Assembly (NCBI GenBank): GCA_937894935.1
Contig: CALAYC010000332.1
Location: 1 to 53,165 of the forward strand
DNA length: 53,165 nucleotides
Source: an uncultured Verrucomicrobiota bacterium
GTDB lineage: Bacteria > Verrucomicrobiota > Verrucomicrobiia > Limisphaerales > JADLHS01
Direction: 5' to 3'
The position numbers and the translations under genes were made by a program. Under the pieces are notes generated by a model. It was not told where the DNA came from. It did no database searches and was given only the letters and a program-made list of their open reading frames with translations. This document shows positions 19,895 to 26,771 of the stretch, in pieces. Position 1 is the stretch's first letter, and each line of letters begins with the position of its first letter.

Positions 19895-19920
19895 CGATGT
19901 CTAGTTACGATGTCTAGTTA
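19895..19920. repeat. Perfect tandem duplication of a 13-mer (CGATGTCTAGTTA x2)
   Basis: Read directly from the sequence: 19895-19907 is identical to 19908-19920. The repeat is intergenic, about 105 nt upstream of the 20025 ORF. Confidence 0.9.
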
Positions 19921-20024
19921 AACAGGAAAAGGTGGAGGTTTTTCTCCGCAAAACCGTTATTTAAAACCGCTTAACTGATTGCTGGCGAAGAAGCTGCTAT
20001 TTAGATCCCTGCCTGCGGGCATTC

Positions 20025-20654
20025 ATGCGTTTGAAATTTCATCACCTGCTGATTCTGGGACTGGCGCTCGGCGCGCTGGAAACCTGGTGGCGCGTGTCGC
20101 ATCCTCCGGCGCCGGACGATGACGTGGAAATCCCGTTTGTACCGCGCATGAAAGTTCAAGCGCGCGAATCCATCGCTCCGCTGGCGACGCTTCCACCGGT
20201 TTCCGTGACGAACTGGTCTTCGCAATTAAATGCCGTGCTGAATTCCGGTGAGTCCACGACGAATCAGGCGATCACATTACTCGCGATGTTTCCCAATCTG
20301 CCGCCCGAGGCCCAAACCGAAGCCGCGCAGCACGCGAGTCGATTGATGCCGACAACGTATTTCAGCACGCTTGGCGTGCAATTGACCAATCCCGCCATAA
20401 CTCCAACCGCGCGGCGCGCCATCTTTGCCGATCTATTAATGCGACCTAACGCCGTGAAATTGCCGTGGCTCGTCGAGGTCGCGCGGAATCCGATCGATAC
20501 CCAAGGCGACGAAGCGTTGTTTCTGCTCAGGTCAGTGTTGAATGAAGATCATGGTGAGGACTGGCCGTTATGGCATGAACGGGTGGCGACATGGTTAACC
20601 CTTAATCCCGATCCGGTTATTCCGCCGAATCCCGGAATGCCAGTCAGTAATTGA
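20025..20654 (+). CDS. Hypothetical protein with an N-terminal hydrophobic anchor
   Basis: MRLKFHHLLILGLALGALETWW is followed by a helical-looking region. I recognised no family. Confidence 0.45.
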   Translation: MRLKFHHLLILGLALGALETWWRVSHPPAPDDDVEIPFVPRMKVQARESIAPLATLPPVSVTNWSSQLNAVLNSGESTTNQAITLLAMFPNLPPEAQTEAAQHASRLMPTTYFSTLGVQLTNPAITPTARRAIFADLLMRPNAVKLPWLVEVARNPIDTQGDEALFLLRSVLNEDHGEDWPLWHERVATWLTLNPDPVIPPNPGMPVSN

Positions 20655-20729
20655 GCGCCGAAAAATTGATTTCCCCCATCACTAAATTCGCTATCTTGCC
20701 CACACTTTTTATTGAACCTACACACGCAA

Positions 20730-21842
20730 ATGCACGACAAAATCCCCTACCTTGACCTACCCGCGCAAATCCGTCCGTTGCGCAAAGAAATTGACGCCGC
20801 CATCGCGCGCAACATTGACGCGTGTTCCTTTTGTCTCGGACCGGACGTGGTTCAATTCGAAAAGGACTTCGCCAAATACATCGGCACGGAACATTGTGTC
20901 GCTTTCAACAGCGGCACGTCTGCCTTACACGTCGCGTTGCTGTTGCTCAATATCAAGCAAGGCGATGAAGTCATTACCACGCCGCATACGTTCGTAGCGA
21001 CGAGCTGGGCGATTTCTTATGTCAACGCCAAGCCGGTGTACGTGGACATTGATGATGCGACGTTCAATCTCGATCCGGCGTTGATTGAAAAGGCCATTAC
21101 GCCGCGCACCAAAGCGATCATGCCGGTGCATCTCTACGGGCATCCGTTCGATCTCGATCCTGTTCTTGCGATTGCGAAGAAGCACAATCTGCCGGTAGTC
21201 GAAGACACCGCGCAGGCGCATGGCGCGAAATACAAAGGCAAAACAGTCGGCACATTCGGTGACATTTCCTGTTTCAGCTTTTATCCCGGAAAGAATCTCG
21301 GTGCAGCGGGTGAAGGCGGTGCGCTGTGCACGAATAACGCTGAGTTCGCCAAACGCGCTCGTTCGTTGCGTGAACATGGTTCAAGCGTGCGTTACTACCA
21401 TGATGAAGTCGGCTTCAACTATCGCATGGAAGGCATTCAAGGCGCGGTGCTCGGCGTGAAGTTACCGCATTTGCCCGCGTGGACCGCCGGTCGGCAACGC
21501 GTGGCCAAGCGCTACGCTGAGTTGTTGAAAGACACGCCGCTGAAATTGCCCACCCAAGCGCCGTGGGCCGAAAGCGTGTGGCATCTTTACGTCGTGCGTC
21601 ATCCCCAACGTGACGCGCTTAAAAAGCATCTTGAAGAAAACGGTGTCGGTTGTGCATTGCACTATCCGCTGCCGTTGCATTTGCAAAAATGCTACGCGCA
21701 TCTCGGCTACAAGGAAGGCGACTTCCCGGTTTCCGAGAAAGCCGCACGCGAATGTCTCAGTCTGCCGATTTATCCAGAACTGACGGATGCGCAGATTCAG
21801 CGCGTCGCCGACGTCATTAAGGATTTTTTCAAGAAGAACTGA
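20730..21842 (+). CDS. DegT/DnrJ/EryC1/StrS-family sugar aminotransferase
   Basis: IPYLDL...LGPDVVQFEKDFAKYIGTEHCVAFNSGTSALHVALL...VITTPHTFVAT...SFYPGKNLGA contains the PLP-lysine motif. I prefer the ATG at 20730 over the TTG at 20712. Confidence 0.9.
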   Translation: MHDKIPYLDLPAQIRPLRKEIDAAIARNIDACSFCLGPDVVQFEKDFAKYIGTEHCVAFNSGTSALHVALLLLNIKQGDEVITTPHTFVATSWAISYVNAKPVYVDIDDATFNLDPALIEKAITPRTKAIMPVHLYGHPFDLDPVLAIAKKHNLPVVEDTAQAHGAKYKGKTVGTFGDISCFSFYPGKNLGAAGEGGALCTNNAEFAKRARSLREHGSSVRYYHDEVGFNYRMEGIQGAVLGVKLPHLPAWTAGRQRVAKRYAELLKDTPLKLPTQAPWAESVWHLYVVRHPQRDALKKHLEENGVGCALHYPLPLHLQKCYAHLGYKEGDFPVSEKAARECLSLPIYPELTDAQIQRVADVIKDFFKKN

Positions 21843-21879
21843 GCGGAATTCAGGCGTCGCTTCGGCGGCGACTTCAATT

Positions 21880-22440
21880 TCAGGCAGCGGGTTTCAAACC
21901 CCGCTGCCACAAATCAAAGTGATACAAGGCCACCGTGACGAGCGAGTGGCCGATTTTATTCTCAGCGACCAGTTTCGGAATCTCCACTATCGGAACGAGG
22001 CGCGTGATTAAATCTTCGCCCTGATCAAACTCTACCGGATGGACGCAGCGGCAATTCTCAACCAGCACCGTATAGCAGATATTGCTCATGATGGCGGGGT
22101 TGGCGAAAGTTTGTCCCAGGATACGCGCGTTTGCGCCTTCGAAGCCGGTTTCCTCGCGCAACTCCCGCACCCCAGCGGCCACGGGTGAGGCGTCTTTCGC
22201 GTCAATAATTCCGCCCGGGATCTCCAGCTCAACGGTGTTTGAACCGTGACGATATTGCTCAATCATCACAACCTGCTGATCAGGCGTAGTGGCCACAACA
22301 TTGACCCAATTTGGCGATTCGATAACGAAAAAGTCGTGCTCAGCATTGGTTCGGGGCGAGATTTTCAGGTCTGAGCGCAGGGAAAAGATACGGAAGTTGC
22401 CGAGCGGGCGGGAGCCGATTTGTTTCCAGGGTTTAATCAT
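21880..22440 (-). CDS. NUDIX hydrolase (ADP-ribose pyrophosphatase-like)
   Basis: The Nudix box is GGIIDAKDASPVAAGVRELREETGF. The start is the ATG at 22440 (MIKPWKQ...). Confidence 0.85.
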   Translation of the reverse strand: MIKPWKQIGSRPLGNFRIFSLRSDLKISPRTNAEHDFFVIESPNWVNVVATTPDQQVVMIEQYRHGSNTVELEIPGGIIDAKDASPVAAGVRELREETGFEGANARILGQTFANPAIMSNICYTVLVENCRCVHPVEFDQGEDLITRLVPIVEIPKLVAENKIGHSLVTVALYHFDLWQRGLKPAA

Positions 22441-22594
22441 GGCCGAACGAGGTTCTGGTCTGGGCCGATGATTGTCAAACCGTGGGTTGTGGCGATCGGT
22501 CGCCGGATCCGATTGGCGGAACGGGTAAATTTTCAGTTGCACGGCGGCGATGGTCGGCTACCCTGTCGCGCTCTATTTTGGTATCGAAGTCACT

Positions 22595-22849
22595 GTGAAC
22601 GCTGAACTCTGCAAGAAAGCTCTGGAAAAGGTTGGCAACGCCAACGTTTTGATCAACATCGTCTCGCGCCGTGTCCGGCAGCTGAACGCCGGTGGCGGTG
22701 GCATGGGACGACCGCTGATTGCGGACTATACCAATCTGGGCGCGGCGGATATTGCCTTGCGCGAAATCATCGAAGACAAAATCGGTTGGGAATTGCCAGC
22801 GGTGGAAGAACTGACCCGGCCGGTAGCCAAGAAGCGCAAGAAGCACTGA
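22595..22849 (+). CDS. rpoZ: DNA-directed RNA polymerase subunit omega
   Basis: NAELCKKALEKVGNANVLINIVSRRVRQLN is omega-like. The GTG at 22595 is the first plausible start, so the exact start is uncertain. Confidence 0.75.
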   Translation: MNAELCKKALEKVGNANVLINIVSRRVRQLNAGGGGMGRPLIADYTNLGAADIALREIIEDKIGWELPAVEELTRPVAKKRKKH

Positions 22850-22873
22850 ACGTAGCGCGCTTGATTTTCACAC

Positions 22874-22906
22874 AGCCAGAGGCTCAACCTCTGGCTGTTT
22901 TGTTTT
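22874..22906 (+). terminator. Rho-independent terminator after rpoZ
   Basis: CAGCCAGAGG-ctca-CCTCTGGCTG is followed by TTTTGTTTT. Confidence 0.65.
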
Positions 22907-23040
22907 CAGCAAACGTTGAGTTTGCCACTTTGAATGGCGGCGCGCATTGCATGGATGCCCGAGGATTCCGATTCAGCAACTGAGACCGATGGAATTTACG
23001 TTTTGCGCGTTTGCTCCTTTGCGTTAATTCTCTTAGACCG

Positions 23041-23496
23041 ATGGCCGACATTATCACCAATCACAAAGCCCGGAGGGATTACCACATCCTCGAAACATTC
23101 GAGGCGGGTATCGTGTTGCGCGGTACGGAGGTGAAGGCGTTGCGCGCCGGCAAGGGCCAGATCGCCGACGCCTTTGCGCGGGTGGAAAAGGACGAAGTCT
23201 GGCTCTACAACGCGCACATTGACGAATACTCCCACGGCAACCTGAACAATCACGCGCCCAAAGCCCCGCGTAAATTGCTCCTGCACAAGGCGGAGATTCG
23301 CAAACTTTTCGGCCTGGCATCAGTCAAAGGTAATGCGCTGTTCCCGTTGGCGATGTATTGGAAGAATGGCAAAGTAAAAGTCTCCATCGGCATCGGCAAA
23401 GGCAAGCAACAATTCGACAAGCGCGACGACATCAAGAAGCGCGAATCCGACCGCGAACTGAGGCGGGCAACGATGAAGTTCGCGAAGGGGAAGTGA
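23041..23496 (+). CDS. smpB: SsrA-binding protein SmpB
   Basis: ITNHKARRDYHILETFEAGIVLRGTEVKALR...LLLHKAEIRKL...GKGKQQFDKRDDIKKRE. The ATG is at 23041. Confidence 0.95.
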   Translation: MADIITNHKARRDYHILETFEAGIVLRGTEVKALRAGKGQIADAFARVEKDEVWLYNAHIDEYSHGNLNNHAPKAPRKLLLHKAEIRKLFGLASVKGNALFPLAMYWKNGKVKVSIGIGKGKQQFDKRDDIKKRESDRELRRATMKFAKGK

Positions 23497-23675
23497 GTTT
23501 GATTCAGCCCGAAGGGCTGGCAGAACTTAGCCGGGGGGCGAGGAGCGCAGGGACGATACCCCCGGTCAGCGTCAAACCATCCGCTCACCCTGAAAGGGTG
23601 ACAGAATCGCCTCGTCTCAGATGCTTCAATAGAAACGCCGATTTGCGAGCTTGTGGGTTGGGGATTTGAAGCAAA

Positions 23676-23909
23676 ATGTCTCTCATGAAATACGCGGAAC
23701 GCATCACGTTTGACCCTGAACAATACGGCGGTCGCCCGCGCATCCGGCATTACCGGCTGCGGGTCAAAGATGTGCTGGACATGCTGGCCGGCGGCGCGAC
23801 GGAACAGGAGATTCTCGCCGACTATGCGTTCTTGGAACCGGCAGACATCCGCGCCTGCTATGAGTATGCGGCCCAGCAAGTGGATCATCCCGTCGTGATG
23901 GCCGCTTAA
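23676..23909 (+). CDS. DUF433 domain protein (antitoxin-like), no adjacent toxin partner
   Basis: ITFDPEQYGGRPRIRHYRLRVKDVLDMLAGGATEQEILADYAFLEPADIRACYEYA is the DUF433 signature. Confidence 0.8.
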   Translation: MSLMKYAERITFDPEQYGGRPRIRHYRLRVKDVLDMLAGGATEQEILADYAFLEPADIRACYEYAAQQVDHPVVMAA

Positions 23910-23930
23910 TAGCCTGAGCTTAATCCGAGT

Positions 23931-24650
23931 TTAATCCTCCGGCGAAGGGCTGGAATTTTTCAACGCCTCAAACAGCCACTTCTGTCGCTTCGTCGCGCTT
24001 TCCGGAAGCTGGCGCGGATTCCATCGCCTCGGGCTGGGCATCACCGCCAAAAGCTGGGAAATCTGTTCCACGGTCAAGTCCGACGCGCGACAGTTGTAAT
24101 GATAATGAGCGGCGGTTTCCAAACCATAGACCCCGTTTCCAAACTCGATGACATTGATGTACAGCTCCATGATTCGCCGCTTGGACAGCAACAGTTCCAT
24201 CCACATCGTATAGTAGGCTTCCAAGCCTTTCCGCACCCAAGACCGGCCCTGCCACAAAAACAGCGAGCGCGCACATTGCTGAGTAATGGTTGAAGCTCCG
24301 CGCGGAGGCGCACCCGTCGCCTTGGAGTTCTCAAGCGAGATTTTAATCCCCGTCCAGTCAAACCCGTGATGTTGGTAGAATCCTGTATCCTCCGCCATCA
24401 GCACGCCGCTCAGAAACAAGGGCGGCGCATTTTTCAATTCCAACCAGAGCATTTGCTGCCGTTTGACCGGTTGGCCGGTTGAATCTATGCGAAAACGATC
24501 AAAAAATCTTGGTCCCGAACTGGAGGGATTGACAAAGCGCACGAACAAAACCTGTGCAGGCGGCAGGTAGAGCGGCGCGGCCAAAAGCACAATCCCCACG
24601 GCTCGCTTGTGACGCCAGATCCATCCGTTAAGTTTCTTTAGCCGGAGCAT
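23931..24650 (-). CDS. mtgA: Monofunctional biosynthetic peptidoglycan transglycosylase (GT51)
   Basis: LMAEDTGFYQHHGFDW...GASTITQQCARSLFL...RKGLEAYYTMWMELLLSKRRIMELYINVIEFG. Confidence 0.9.
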   Translation of the reverse strand: MLRLKKLNGWIWRHKRAVGIVLLAAPLYLPPAQVLFVRFVNPSSSGPRFFDRFRIDSTGQPVKRQQMLWLELKNAPPLFLSGVLMAEDTGFYQHHGFDWTGIKISLENSKATGAPPRGASTITQQCARSLFLWQGRSWVRKGLEAYYTMWMELLLSKRRIMELYINVIEFGNGVYGLETAAHYHYNCRASDLTVEQISQLLAVMPSPRRWNPRQLPESATKRQKWLFEALKNSSPSPED

Positions 24651-25074
24651 TTGCTCTCAATGTTTCACGCGTAATCACCACCCCGCCGCCAACCAACAGA
24701 AACAACAAGACGCCGTACGTAAAATAATCCAAGGCACGATTCAGGGCTTTGACCGGAAAAATCCCAAAACATCCGCACCCGCTCACTCCTTTTGAGATCA
24801 TCCAAGCGTGATAGCCTGTGAATAAGACAGCAGCCGTATAAACGACGTAAGCCTTTGAACTTACTGAGATGCCATTGGTCAGCACCGCCAACAGGATGCC
24901 TGCTTCAAAAACAGCCGCGAAGAACAAAAATTGCCGTATGCTCAAAAACGTGAACATCCCATGCGCCGCCACTAATCGCTCTGGCACAAGAGCAATGGAT
25001 AAAAGTTTGGCGACAATGCTCAGGCTGAAAATAACCACCGCCATTCGCACATAAACCCGGAGCGTCATAGTCAA
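24628..25074 (-). CDS. MauE/DoxX-family redox-associated membrane protein
   Basis: It has four hydrophobic helices and the GCGCFG motif typical of MauE-like proteins. It overlaps both neighbours, by 4 nt upstream and 23 nt downstream. Confidence 0.65.
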   Translation of the reverse strand: MTMTLRVYVRMAVVIFSLSIVAKLLSIALVPERLVAAHGMFTFLSIRQFLFFAAVFEAGILLAVLTNGISVSSKAYVVYTAAVLFTGYHAWMISKGVSGCGCFGIFPVKALNRALDYFTYGVLLFLLVGGGVVITRETLRANAPAKET

Positions 25075-25877
25075 TAGACGGAGTTGAAGAAATTATCCGT
25101 ACCCGCCGAGACAAACTCCCACGGAATCCATTTCTTTGTCCCCGGCTCAAAATAACTCCGCAGATACACTGGAGCCGGAGTTTTATTTGCCTGCCGAACG
25201 ATCGCGTTAAAAGTAATGACCTTGATTTCTCCGTTTTGTTTCAGCAATTCTTGCGGCGTCGGACGCGGCGCATAATAGGAAAAATGTGTTAGCACACTGT
25301 CATTGGCCCGCCGGGCCGCTATCTCGCCGAGGGGCGCGGGCCAGTAAGACAACGCTTCAACCGTGAGGATTGCCTCTTGCAGGGCGATTTCTACCCATTG
25401 TCCGCCAGCCCGTTTGCGCTCTGGAATCTCGATATGCTCCCAGAACTGCTCCAGCACGTCCTCGCTTGCCGCCGGAGGATTCAGGCCCAGCTTGCCAAGT
25501 CTGTTCCGGTCGAAATCAACGACGCTCTTGACGAATTGACCGTCAGGAGAGCCAAACCGGAAATTTCGGAAATGATCAAACTCATCGCTGTGGTGGTAAA
25601 ATAAAAAGCTGAACAAGAGTGAATCCCACGCGCGCGCCTCTTCGGAACTCATTTGATAGCCGCCTTCCTTTTTGATTTTTGTCAAGCTGGAGCGAAAGGC
25701 AAACGAGTCTTGAATTACCGTAAAATCCAACTTGGCCCATTCGTTCGTGAATGTCGGACTTGAAAGCACAACATGCTCGGGCGGGCGATGTGGTGAAAAA
25801 ACATTGAGCAACAAGAAAACTCCGATGCAAACAACAATCGGCCCCATAAGTAGGAGGGCAAGCTTTTTAGAATTCAT
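25071..25877 (-). CDS. Hypothetical membrane-anchored protein (268 aa)
   Basis: MNSKKLALLLMGPIVVCIGVFLLLNVF is followed by a soluble domain with no Cys. I recognised no family. I prefer the ATG at 25877, and an alternative ATG at 25913 abuts the palindrome. Confidence 0.5.
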   Translation of the reverse strand: MNSKKLALLLMGPIVVCIGVFLLLNVFSPHRPPEHVVLSSPTFTNEWAKLDFTVIQDSFAFRSSLTKIKKEGGYQMSSEEARAWDSLLFSFLFYHHSDEFDHFRNFRFGSPDGQFVKSVVDFDRNRLGKLGLNPPAASEDVLEQFWEHIEIPERKRAGGQWVEIALQEAILTVEALSYWPAPLGEIAARRANDSVLTHFSYYAPRPTPQELLKQNGEIKVITFNAIVRQANKTPAPVYLRSYFEPGTKKWIPWEFVSAGTDNFFNSVY

Positions 25878-25915
25878 GCAATCTTCGAGTTTTGGCTCTA
25901 TAATTTGGAACATTC

Positions 25916-25947
25916 GGGCGAAACAACAAAATTTTGTTGTTTCGCCC
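25916..25947. repeat. Perfect 32-bp palindrome (intercistronic stem-loop)
   Basis: GGGCGAAACAACAAAA|TTTTGTTGTTTCGCCC is exactly self-complementary. It lies between the micro-protein stop (25967) and the next gene. Confidence 0.9.
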
Positions 25948-25966
25948 GATGATTTGTATCGCTCGA

Positions 25967-26164
25967 TTAACTACACGACGTACAAACTGGATAGCCAGCA
26001 TCTGAACATGAGCACGAACAGGACTGGCCACTGTTACAATATCGGGCATCACTTCCCTTTGCACATGCGATAGCGCATGCTGGCGAATCGTTAGTGCCTG
26101 CAAAGGCAATGTATCCCGACACGCAGAACAACACGGTCAGGCCAACAACTAATAGCTTCTTCAT
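25967..26164 (-). CDS. Secreted Cys/Ser-rich micro-protein (65-aa precursor, about 43-aa mature)
   Basis: My translation is MKKLLVVGLTVLFCVSGYIAFA|GTNDSPACAIACAKGSDARYCNSGQSCSCSCSDAGYPVCTSCS. It has a Sec-type signal with an AFA cleavage site and 8 Cys in the mature part, and AAGGA lies 7 nt upstream of the ATG. It is the C-terminal part of track ORF 25967..26293. Confidence 0.55.
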   Translation of the reverse strand: MKKLLVVGLTVLFCVSGYIAFAGTNDSPACAIACAKGSDARYCNSGQSCSCSCSDAGYPVCTSCS

Positions 26165-26255
26165 TGCGTTCCTTTTGTTGTTTGTTTTATACACACCAAC
26201 ATTCCAAATATTCCGAACAGGAAATGGAGTTTTAGGTGCGACGCTGCGATAGTTA

Positions 26256-26264
26256 CCCCCCCCC
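26256..26264. repeat. C9 (G9 on the minus strand) homopolymeric tract upstream of the micro-protein gene
   Basis: Read directly: agttaCCCCCCCCCattaag. On the minus strand it lies between a TTGACA hexamer (26275-26280) and TAACTAT. Confidence 0.9.
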
Positions 26265-26334
26265 ATTAAGGGCCTGTCAATAATTATTCGCATTTTACAT
26301 GCTTATGCAAAAAGAGCCTGATCACTCCAAAGAC

Positions 26335-26360
26335 AAAAAAGCGAGGCCGTTAGACCTCGC
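26335..26360 (-). terminator. Rho-independent terminator after rpmB (potentially bidirectional)
   Basis: The stem GCGAGG-ccgttaga-CCTCGC is flanked by A6 on one side and T4 on the other. Confidence 0.6.
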
Positions 26361-26384
26361 TTTTCGTTTGAAATGGATTCCGGC

Positions 26385-26651
26385 TTATTTTGCTGCTGCG
26401 GCGTCTTTTTTCCACGTGCGCTTGGGCGCTTTGGTAATGAGGCCTTTTTTCAGCGCACGGGTGGAAACGCGAACATAGCGGACTTCACCATTGATCACGG
26501 CCTTAACGCGTTGCAGGTTCGGCATGAATTTGCGCTTGGTAATCGCAGTGACGTGCGTACCGATACCGCCGAGTTTCTTTTTCTTACCCGAGCGCCAGAT
26601 AATGCTGCCCTTGATGGGGCGACGACCGGTGATTTCGCAAATTCGTGCCAT
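26385..26651 (-). CDS. rpmB: 50S ribosomal protein L28
   Basis: MARICEITGRRPIKGSIIWRSGKKKKLGGIGTHVTAITKRKFMPNLQRVKAVINGEVRYVRVSTRALK, starting at the ATG at 26651. Confidence 0.93.
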   Translation of the reverse strand: MARICEITGRRPIKGSIIWRSGKKKKLGGIGTHVTAITKRKFMPNLQRVKAVINGEVRYVRVSTRALKKGLITKAPKRTWKKDAAAAK

Positions 26652-26771
26652 AAAACTTTTTCCTAAATTAAGGGCGCAGAGCATATCTGTTGAACGCTCA
26701 CAAGCAAGCTTTCTTTTGGGAATTTTTCGTGCGTTCCCGCGTCTTCGCACCTATCTTCGCCGCTCGTTTTT

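Noticed and set aside
25967-26293. Full 108-aa version of the micro-protein ORF (start at 26293)
   Set aside because: The first 43 residues (MRIIIDRPLMGGGNYRS...) precede a perfect Sec signal that starts at the internal ATG at 26164, which has its own AAGGA ribosome-binding site. A signal peptide buried 43 aa inside a protein would not function, so I call the 65-aa form.
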